The notes beneath the pieces were generated by a model. That model did not search any database. It was not told the origin of the DNA and saw nothing but the letters and a program-made list of their open reading frames with translations. A stretch of DNA of 64,000 bases from a virus (Duplodnaviria; Caudoviricetes): the IMG/VR virus record IMGVR_UViG_3300037780_000050, positions 19,899 through 83,898 of that record; one strand, written 5' to 3'. Shown here piece after piece: positions 45,346 through 52,823 of this stretch. The position numbers and the translations under genes are program-made. How positions within the stretch are numbered: position 1 is the first letter of the stretch; each line of letters opens with the position of its first letter.

Positions 45346-45845
45346 AGGGAGCCCAGATGCGACCGTTTCTCACCGATGGTGAAGCCGCTGCGTTCAATGA
45401 GATCTGGTCGTACGAGGAGGGGGCTTCCATGATCGATGTCCCGACTCCTTCGGAGGCGTTACGCGATGCGTGGCGCAGCGTTGCCGATGTGCGGGATACC
45501 GAGCTGGTGAAGGTGGTGGTCTTCGATCTCCACGCCCGCATGGTTCACACCATGCAGGAGACTCTCTCGTCTGGAGCCAAGCTCAGGTTGCTCCGGGCGT
45601 ATTCGGATGCCTTCGTTGTGTTCCTGATGCTCAAACTCCCAGCACCGCGTCGTAGGGATCTACCGCTAGCGCTGGTGCAGCGTCACCAGCCGACGGCCTA
45701 TGTCGAGAGTGCCGAGCGGTTCTACGAGTTCTTGCTCGACCGTGAGGAGCAGGGTGGGTCCGTCTCCCCGCTGTGGGAGGACTTGCAGGACGCCGTGGCG
45801 TCGATTGTCGAGGCGTGGCAGGTGCTGGAAGCGGAGAGCATGTGA
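45342..45845 (+). CDS. hypothetical protein
   Basis: ATGA-coupled, 167 aa. Confidence 0.55.
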   Translation: MKGAQMRPFLTDGEAAAFNEIWSYEEGASMIDVPTPSEALRDAWRSVADVRDTELVKVVVFDLHARMVHTMQETLSSGAKLRLLRAYSDAFVVFLMLKLPAPRRRDLPLALVQRHQPTAYVESAERFYEFLLDREEQGGSVSPLWEDLQDAVASIVEAWQVLEAESM

Positions 45846-46078
45846 TGCCCAGGACGTTCGACAGCGACGAGCACCGTGTCCGAGGTGGTCTGCTGACCTT
45901 CGCCGCCAACGTCGACTGTCCCGCGTGCGAGTTGGTCTTCGAGGGCGTGTGGGTCGATGACTCATTCGATGCCGAGCAGGTGACCGACGCGCCCGAGGCA
46001 GAGTTCACGTGCCCGCGCTGTGATGAGGTCTTCGAGGCCGAGTACCCGGGCTTCATCAACTATGGCGATGCAGGCTGA
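45845..46078 (+). CDS. acidic Zn-ribbon protein
   Basis: CPAC and CPRC. Confidence 0.6.
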   Translation: MPRTFDSDEHRVRGGLLTFAANVDCPACELVFEGVWVDDSFDAEQVTDAPEAEFTCPRCDEVFEAEYPGFINYGDAG

Positions 46079-46364
46079 TCTGATAAAGGAGTTTCCGTTG
46101 GCCAGAGATCTGAGAGCACTGTCCCTACCGGACCAGTCCGCAGCGTTGCAGGTGATGGGCTCACCGGTCCCCATCAGGACCATCAACAAGAGCGACATCA
46201 CCGGAGTGCGAATGCAGGCGCTGGCGATCGCTTCGGCAGGCGGGGCGCTCTGGGGCAGCGGTATGGCGTTGGATGACATCTTCGCCGACGCCGAGCGCAT
46301 CGTGCAGTGGGCACTGCGCCCAGCCACACCGGAGGAGGAAGCTGCGGCCAATGGCTCTCGTTGA
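46062..46364 (+). CDS. hypothetical protein
   Basis: Overlaps both neighbours; ~100 aa. Confidence 0.45.
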   Translation: MAMQADLIKEFPLARDLRALSLPDQSAALQVMGSPVPIRTINKSDITGVRMQALAIASAGGALWGSGMALDDIFADAERIVQWALRPATPEEEAAANGSR

Positions 46365-46788
46365 TACGAGTTGGATGCAATACGGGTTGTGCACAAGCAC
46401 CAACATGACCGAGACGTTCTTCCCCGAGGGGCCGACGTCTGACGGTGATTCGTGGAGTGACCGACGCAAGCCGCCACACCCCGGGTACTTGGCCGAGGCG
46501 TACCGTGTGGCGCGACAGCTTTGTTCTCAGTGCCCGGTACAGCCCGAGTGTTTGCAGAGTGCGCTCGATCGAGGTGAGGTCGACCACGGGATATGGGGCG
46601 GGTACAGCCCGCGAGACCGTCGCAGGCTGCGGGCTGGGGTCACTCCCAAGGCTCCGCTGGCAGGGTGTTGCACCCAGTGTGGGTGGCGTGAGTGTCGCTG
46701 TAGTGATGTATCTGGTGTGATCAGCTTCGAGTCGGTATCACACAGAGGGGCGAGACGCCGCCGCCGAGACTTCCGAAGGACGGGATAG
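46351..46788 (+). CDS. whiB: WhiB-family Fe-S transcription factor
   Basis: WMQYGLC, TFFP, ARQLCSQCPVQPECL, GIWGG and basic tail. Confidence 0.92.
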   Translation: MALVDTSWMQYGLCTSTNMTETFFPEGPTSDGDSWSDRRKPPHPGYLAEAYRVARQLCSQCPVQPECLQSALDRGEVDHGIWGGYSPRDRRRLRAGVTPKAPLAGCCTQCGWRECRCSDVSGVISFESVSHRGARRRRRDFRRTG

Positions 46789-46792
46789 CCAG

Positions 46793-47698
46793 TTGCACCG
46801 GGTCAAGATCAGGAACTTCCAGAGCTTGGCCGACGTGGAGTTGGAGCTGGGCAGGTTCACAGTGTTGGTGGGTCCCAGCTCGACTGGCAAGAGCGCGGTG
46901 CTGCGAGCGCTGCGGTTGGTGTTCCGCAACGCCAGGGGCACGTCGTACGTACGTGCCGGATCCAAGGGCACCGAGGTCGACATCGAGGTTCTCGACCCCT
47001 ACCAGAGCGTGAGCATCGCCCGAGGCGTGCTGGGTCGGTCCAACAACTACGTGCTCCATATCAACAGCGCGCCGAGCGAGTTCGCCAAGTGCGGCACGAG
47101 CGTGCCCGAGCCGGTGGCCGAGTGGCTCAACGTGGGCGACGAGAGTCTGTCCACCCAGCACGATGCTCCGTTCCTGCTCACTGCGACCGGCAGCGAGGTG
47201 GCGCAGCTCTTTGGTGAGTTGACTGGCGCAGACGTGCTCCAGAAGGCCGCGGTCAACGGGAGCGCCAGCGCTCGCCAGGCCAAGCAGGACATCGCCGTGG
47301 CCCAGTCAGCGATCGATCAGGCCACCGAGGGACTGGCCCAGCTTCCCGACGTAGACGCTCTCAAACGCTCTGTGAGCGCTGCTGCTGCCATCCTGCGTGC
47401 AGCAGAGCAGGCCGAGGAGTTGCGGCTGCTGGTGGGCAAGCTGGAGCGTGCTCAGAGCAGGGCAGAGGGCGAGCCGTTGCCCGACGTACCGAAGCTCGAC
47501 GTGGTGGAGCAGCTCCAGTACCACCGTTCGCAGTTGCAGGGTTTGATTCAGAACGCGGACCGAGCCGCAGAATCCCAAAAATTGGCGGCGGCGGGTGTCG
47601 AGAGTTCTCAGTCATTCTGGTCTGATAAGAAGTCGGCGCTAGCCGAGCTGATTAACGAAGCTGGTCTGTGTGCAACCTGCCCACTGGTCATCACCTAG
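46793..47698 (+). CDS. Rad50/SbcC-like ABC ATPase, N-terminal half
   Basis: KIRNFQS, GPSSTGKSAVLRAL (Walker A), TQHDAPFLL (Q-loop), coiled coil, terminal CATC. Confidence 0.85.
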   Translation: MHRVKIRNFQSLADVELELGRFTVLVGPSSTGKSAVLRALRLVFRNARGTSYVRAGSKGTEVDIEVLDPYQSVSIARGVLGRSNNYVLHINSAPSEFAKCGTSVPEPVAEWLNVGDESLSTQHDAPFLLTATGSEVAQLFGELTGADVLQKAAVNGSASARQAKQDIAVAQSAIDQATEGLAQLPDVDALKRSVSAAAAILRAAEQAEELRLLVGKLERAQSRAEGEPLPDVPKLDVVEQLQYHRSQLQGLIQNADRAAESQKLAAAGVESSQSFWSDKKSALAELINEAGLCATCPLVIT

Positions 47699-47708
47699 AG
47701 AGGTCCCC

Positions 47709-48092
47709 ATGTCCAAGTCCGAGAAGCCCGACAAGTCCCCCCGAGCCCGTGTGTTGGCAGAGGCCGCAGACGCAGTGCTCCGAGATCGTGCCAACACCTA
47801 CGGCCCACCCGAGGATTCGTTCCGCAAGATCGCATCGCTGTGGAACGGATACCTCGACGCTCGCATGGAGCCCTTCTCCAACCTGACTTCGCTGGACGTG
47901 TGCAACATGCTGGAGCTGCTCAAGATTGCTCGCTCCATCAGCAACCCCGGCCACTTCGACAACTACACCGACCGTGCCGGGTACGCCGCGTGCGCCGCCG
48001 ATCTGGCCCAGTTCATCGATCAGGTGGTCACCCAGGACGGGGGGCTCACCGACGATCAGAAGGCCCACTTGGACACGATGGAGGGCGAGTGA
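47709..48092 (+). CDS. DUF6378-like protein
   Basis: RANTYGPPEDSFRKIASLW, LKIAR and DNYTDRAGYAAC. Confidence 0.75.
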   Translation: MSKSEKPDKSPRARVLAEAADAVLRDRANTYGPPEDSFRKIASLWNGYLDARMEPFSNLTSLDVCNMLELLKIARSISNPGHFDNYTDRAGYAACAADLAQFIDQVVTQDGGLTDDQKAHLDTMEGE

Positions 48093-48454
48093 TGGGAGCC
48101 ATCGATGACGCTCAGCGTGCGGTTGGTACCACTGCCAGGACCAAGGGGTTCTGGGAGGCCCACGCGACGCTCAGTGATTTCCACCAGCAGGCGTACGCCA
48201 AGCTGGCGCTGATCCACACCGAGGTGGCCGAGGCCACCGAAGCGCTGCGAGATCTCCCACGACAGCCAGGGCTACGGGACTTCATGTTCACCGACGAGAA
48301 CGGCAAGCCCGACGGGTTGGGCTACGAGCTGTGCGACGTGGTGATCCGGGTGCTGGACATGTGCGAGTGGATGAATGTGTCGATGGAGTACATGCTCACC
48401 CAGAAGATGGCTTACAACACCCGCCGCGACGCCCTGCACGGGAGGCAGTCGTGA
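48092..48454 (+). CDS. MazG-like NTP pyrophosphohydrolase
   Basis: KGFW, LALIHTEVAEATEA, ELCDVVIRVLD and KMAYN. Confidence 0.85.
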   Translation: MGAIDDAQRAVGTTARTKGFWEAHATLSDFHQQAYAKLALIHTEVAEATEALRDLPRQPGLRDFMFTDENGKPDGLGYELCDVVIRVLDMCEWMNVSMEYMLTQKMAYNTRRDALHGRQS

Positions 48455-49428
48455 TGAGGGAGAGATACATCTTCGTGGGCGATGTCCACGCAGCAGACAA
48501 CCCACCGAGGTTCTGCACCGAGGCGTACCTCACCGACATGTGGAAGGTGCTCGATGAGTTGGTCCCGAAGGCCGCGACCGAGACCGACGCCGAGGCGGTC
48601 GTGTTCGTGGGAGATCTGTTCCATCACAAGGCTCCGAGTCGCACCAGCCATGGTCTGGTGGCCAAGCTCATGCGGGTCTTCACCAACTACCCGTGTCCGG
48701 TGTACGTGGTGCCGGGCAACCACGACATCCAGCACGACCGACTCACCAGCCTGCCCCAGAGCCCGTTGGGCGTGTTGGAGAAGGCCGGAGCGATCCAGTT
48801 CCTGTGGCCCGCGGCCCCCAACGGTCCCGAGCATGTGTGTGGGTTGCCGTGGACATCGAGCGAGCTGGACGAGAAGGCCATGCAGGCCATCGATGATTTG
48901 GCCGCTCCGGTGGTGGTGGCTCATGCCCCGCTGTACCCGCCCGGCAAGGAGCTGCGCTTCGAGTATTGGGACATCGAGCTGTTCGTATCGCTGCTGCCCG
49001 AGCAGGTCACGCACGTGTATTACGGCCATGTGCACGACATGCATGGTGCGTGGAGTTACGACGCCCCCGACGGACGAAGGATCTGGTTCGCCAACCATGG
49101 GGCGGTGACCAGGGGGTCGATCAGCGAGAGTGATCTGCGCAGGCCGCTGGGGTGCACGCTGTGGGATGTCGAGGAGGGGTTCCGCTTTCTGGACTTCACC
49201 ACCGAGCTGACTCCGGTGGAGGATCTGTTCCGCTTGGAGGACGCCGCCGAGGAGAAGGAGTCCAAGGCCGGGGCGCAGAGCTGGATCGATGCGGTGCAGA
49301 GCATTCACACCGCGGCCAACTCGATGGGCGAGCTGCTGCGAGCGGTGCGTGCGCAGCGAGGCCAGGCAGGCGAGGACGTGGTGCGTCGCGCCGAGGAGTT
49401 GGTGTCCGAGGTCGATCAGGGTGAGTGA
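48454..49428 (+). CDS. Mre11/SbcD-like metallophosphoesterase nuclease
   Basis: GDVH, GDLFH, PGNHD, AH and GHVH. Confidence 0.85.
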   Translation: MRERYIFVGDVHAADNPPRFCTEAYLTDMWKVLDELVPKAATETDAEAVVFVGDLFHHKAPSRTSHGLVAKLMRVFTNYPCPVYVVPGNHDIQHDRLTSLPQSPLGVLEKAGAIQFLWPAAPNGPEHVCGLPWTSSELDEKAMQAIDDLAAPVVVAHAPLYPPGKELRFEYWDIELFVSLLPEQVTHVYYGHVHDMHGAWSYDAPDGRRIWFANHGAVTRGSISESDLRRPLGCTLWDVEEGFRFLDFTTELTPVEDLFRLEDAAEEKESKAGAQSWIDAVQSIHTAANSMGELLRAVRAQRGQAGEDVVRRAEELVSEVDQGE

Positions 49429-50245
49429 TGACCCTCTGCTGATGAGTTGGACTGCTCTGAGGGTGCACGAGGAGTGTCGCCACAAGGGCAAGCTCATGCG
49501 CAGCGGTATCCGCTCGCCGATGCAGAACGTCCGCAACTACTTCCATGGGACCGTCGCCGACAAGATCGTGCGGGAGTGGTTGGAGGACCCCGAGCGCCAG
49601 CCCGGGACCATGGTGGGACGAGTCGCGGAGATGTTCGACTCCGAGGCCGAGCGGTTGGCCAACAGCGACCAGGGCTACGTGCGGTGGAAGTCGCTCAGCG
49701 ACCGAGCCGAGATGCAGGCCAAGGTCGAGCGGCTGCTGCGAGACATCGAGCCGTGGTTGGTAGAGAACATCTTGCCCCACGAGTTCGAGCCCGAGGTTCG
49801 GTTCCGGTTCCCGATCTCGATGCCGGGACTGCATGGCGATGTCGTCGTCATCATGGTGGGTGGCATCGACATGTTGGTGCGCACCGCCGAGGGCGACTGG
49901 CATGTGTGGGATCTCAAAGCCACGAACAACCCGAGCTACTGGCGCGCCAGCAAGGGTCAGCTCGTGTTCTACGGGCTGGCGGTGCAGATGGGGTTCCCAC
50001 CCCACAAGGTGCCAACCAAGACTGGTCTGGTGCAGCCGCTGGTGCCCGATGCGTTCGAGAAGGTGTTGGAGCTGACCGATGAGGACTACTCGATGATGTG
50101 GAGTCGCATGGTCAAGATGCTGCACGACATCCAGCGGGGCGACTTCGACTACAAGGACGACACAACCGGATGCGACTGGTGCGAAGTGCGCCGGGCGTGT
50201 ACCAGATTCAACCCCGTCAACGCGTTCTCAAGGAAGCGACCATGA
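49421..50245 (+). CDS. Cas4/RecB-like PD-(D/E)xK exonuclease with Fe-S cysteines
   Basis: EECR, GGIDML, WDLKAT, QLVFY and CDWCEVRRAC. Confidence 0.8.
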   Translation: MSDDPLLMSWTALRVHEECRHKGKLMRSGIRSPMQNVRNYFHGTVADKIVREWLEDPERQPGTMVGRVAEMFDSEAERLANSDQGYVRWKSLSDRAEMQAKVERLLRDIEPWLVENILPHEFEPEVRFRFPISMPGLHGDVVVIMVGGIDMLVRTAEGDWHVWDLKATNNPSYWRASKGQLVFYGLAVQMGFPPHKVPTKTGLVQPLVPDAFEKVLELTDEDYSMMWSRMVKMLHDIQRGDFDYKDDTTGCDWCEVRRACTRFNPVNAFSRKRP

Positions 50246-50478
50246 GCGACGACATCACCCAGCGCATCCAGCTCGCCAAGGAGCGGCTGGAGACCGCGCA
50301 GCGCAGCGTGATCGAGCACAACACCCAGCTCAGGTTGGCCACCGAGGAGCTGGAGCGGGTCACCGCCGAGATGCAGGAGAAGTTCGGCGTGGCCACGCTG
50401 GACGAGGCCCGAGAAAAGCTGGCGCAGATCGACGCCAAGATCATCGAGAAGCTCGATGAGTTGACCAAGGAGTTGTGA
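50242..50478 (+). CDS. 78-aa coiled-coil protein, possible Rad50 coiled-coil fragment
   Basis: Pure heptad repeat; ATGA-coupled. Confidence 0.6.
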   Translation: MSDDITQRIQLAKERLETAQRSVIEHNTQLRLATEELERVTAEMQEKFGVATLDEAREKLAQIDAKIIEKLDELTKEL

Positions 50479-51596
50479 TGGAGTTCCACGCCAAGCGGTA
50501 CGTGCTGTGGGCGATGCTCGACAAGGCATCCAAGGTGGTGCCGAGCCGTGACACCATGCCGGTGCTCAAGAACTTCTACGTGGAGGCGACCCCCGACGAG
50601 GTGCGGGTCGCGGCCACCGACTTGGAGCTGAGTCTGATCGTGGACGCCCAGTTGGTGCACGTGGATCAGCCCGGCAGCGCCATCATCCCGAGCCGCAAGC
50701 TGCTGGAGATCGTCGCGGCTGCCGAGGACGAGGAGGCGTACATCAGGGTGGCCGATGGCCGCTGTCACATCGACATCGGGCGCGCGTCGTGGACGCTGAC
50801 GATCAACACCCAGCCCGACGCCTACCCACCGCTTCCCGACGTGAGCGCCGAGTTCGCTGCCGAGGTCAACAGGGCCGAGCTGCTGGGAGCGTTCCAGATG
50901 GTCGAGCGAGCCGCAGGTAGGGCCACGGCGCGACCCAACTTGATGGTGCTCGACATCCACGACGGCAAGGTCACCGGGACCGATGGGGTGCGCTGTCAGC
51001 AGGTGAGGATGGAGTCATGGCCCGCCAACGTGGACATGCAGATCCCGATCGGCGCGGTGGACGAGCTGATCCGGCTGCTGCGCAGCACCGAGGCCGAGAC
51101 AATCGAGGTGGCCGAGACCGAAGACCATCTGTTGTTCCGGGTCGGCCAGGACTTGTTCGTGGCCAACAGCGTGGCCATGGAGTTCCCGCCCGTGGACCAG
51201 CAGTTGGTGGTCCCCGCGCTGGAGAACGACCAGCGGCTGACGTGTGACCGCGAGGAGTTGACCGAGGCGCTGCGCCGGGTTCGTATCACCGCCGACCCCG
51301 ACACCAGCGCGGTGGTGATGGACTTGACCGAGGACACGCTGACGTTGCGGTGCCGGGACAAGATGGCCAACGAGAGCGTGGAGTCCATCGATTGCGGGTG
51401 GAGCTACGAGGACCGGTCCGTGGTCGTCAACCATGTGTTCTTGATGGACATGTTGAAGATGGCCGACGCGCGCACGTGCGAGTTCTACTTGGGCAAGGAC
51501 AAGACCAACAGCCGCAGCCCGTTGTTGCTGCGTGACGAGTCCAAGGGCATGGTCGGCATCGTCAGCCAGATGCGAGCCGATTGGGTCACCCAGTGA
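50478..51596 (+). CDS. dnaN: DNA polymerase III beta sliding clamp
   Basis: TMPVLKNF, AATDLE, PGSAIIPSRKL, GTDGVR and FPPV; ~372 aa. Confidence 0.9.
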   Translation: MEFHAKRYVLWAMLDKASKVVPSRDTMPVLKNFYVEATPDEVRVAATDLELSLIVDAQLVHVDQPGSAIIPSRKLLEIVAAAEDEEAYIRVADGRCHIDIGRASWTLTINTQPDAYPPLPDVSAEFAAEVNRAELLGAFQMVERAAGRATARPNLMVLDIHDGKVTGTDGVRCQQVRMESWPANVDMQIPIGAVDELIRLLRSTEAETIEVAETEDHLLFRVGQDLFVANSVAMEFPPVDQQLVVPALENDQRLTCDREELTEALRRVRITADPDTSAVVMDLTEDTLTLRCRDKMANESVESIDCGWSYEDRSVVVNHVFLMDMLKMADARTCEFYLGKDKTNSRSPLLLRDESKGMVGIVSQMRADWVTQ

Positions 51597-52234
51597 GCGT
51601 TGCCCGCGCCCGGGAGGTGTACCAGCAGCTCTATTCCAAGATGTCGAGTGCTCAGGGCCAGAAGGAGATGCTGGAGGCCCAGTTGGCCAACGGCACCGCA
51701 GCGCTGGAGCGTGCCACCGAGGATCAGCGCATCAACGCCGAGGCTCAGATGTTGCTGAGCGCGGTGGCCACCGAGCGCCAGGGCCAGTTCCGCCAGAGTC
51801 TGGAGACGTTGGTGACCCATGGTCTCCAGACCGTGTTCGGTGACGAGTCGCTGCACTTCCACATCGTGGAGGAGGTCAAGGCCGGACGCCCCCAGGTGTC
51901 CTTCGAGGTCGAGAGCACCATGGGCGACGAGACGGTGCGCACCAGCGTGATGGATGCCAGGGGAGGTGGGTTGGCGAGCGTGGTGGGGTTCTTCATCAGG
52001 TTGAGCGTGCTGCTGCTCAGCGGGCACCGTCGCATCATGCTGCTCGATGAGACCTTCGCTCAGCTCAGCGCCGGGTACGAGCCGCAGATGGCCGAGTGGT
52101 TGGCCGACCTGTGTGTGCGAGCTGAGGTGCAGATCGTGATGGTGACCCACAGCGATGCCTACAGCGAGCACGCTGATGTGGTGTACCGAACGAGTCAGTC
52201 GGGGGGAGTGACCAGTGTCGAGCGGGTCCGGTAG
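51593..52234 (+). CDS. Rad50/SbcC-like ABC ATPase, C-terminal half
   Basis: Coiled coil, ARGGG signature, IMLLDET (Walker B), VTHS (H-loop). Confidence 0.85.
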   Translation: MSVARAREVYQQLYSKMSSAQGQKEMLEAQLANGTAALERATEDQRINAEAQMLLSAVATERQGQFRQSLETLVTHGLQTVFGDESLHFHIVEEVKAGRPQVSFEVESTMGDETVRTSVMDARGGGLASVVGFFIRLSVLLLSGHRRIMLLDETFAQLSAGYEPQMAEWLADLCVRAEVQIVMVTHSDAYSEHADVVYRTSQSGGVTSVERVR

Positions 52235-52823
52235 CAAGGTCTGCTCGCGCTGCGGCGAGGAGCGCCCGCTCACCCAGTTCGGGCAGAGTCACTACACCAA
52301 GCCGAGGAAGCGGACCTACCACCACCGGGTGTGTGTGGTCTGCAAAGACGAGATCTCCGAGCGTAAGGCCACGAAGGAGGAGCTTCGCACGCTGCGTGCG
52401 TTTGGCATCGTCCCCGACCGGGAGCGGGTGGATGGGCCATCGAGTACCGAGCGTCAGCCCGGGGAGAGCTTCACCAAGGAGTGTTCGGAGTGCCGCGAGG
52501 TCAAGGCCGTGCAGGAGTTCGCGTGGCGCAACAAGGCCGAGAGATCCCGCCGTCCCAGGTGTCGTCAGTGCGAGCAGCAGGCCCGCAGGAGGCGTCGGGA
52601 GCGTCTTGGTGATGATGAGTACCGCCGCCAGAATCGAGAGGCTCAGAGGCGTCACAGGTCAGAGAAGTGGCGTGCGAAGGACCATGAGGCTGCCAGGGTG
52701 CAGCGTCGTGCCCATGCTCGCGCATCAGCGGAGTTGAGAGAGCGCCACCGTGAGGAGTTCGACCGGCTGTACGCGCAGGCCAAGGAACTAGAATCAGCGT
52801 TGGCAGATGAGGAGATCGAGTGA
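52215..52823 (+). CDS. double Zn-finger basic protein
   Basis: CSRC with CVVC and CSEC with CRQC; Arg-rich tail; no HNH core seen. Confidence 0.55.
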   Translation: MSSGSGSKVCSRCGEERPLTQFGQSHYTKPRKRTYHHRVCVVCKDEISERKATKEELRTLRAFGIVPDRERVDGPSSTERQPGESFTKECSECREVKAVQEFAWRNKAERSRRPRCRQCEQQARRRRRERLGDDEYRRQNREAQRRHRSEKWRAKDHEAARVQRRAHARASAELRERHREEFDRLYAQAKELESALADEEIE

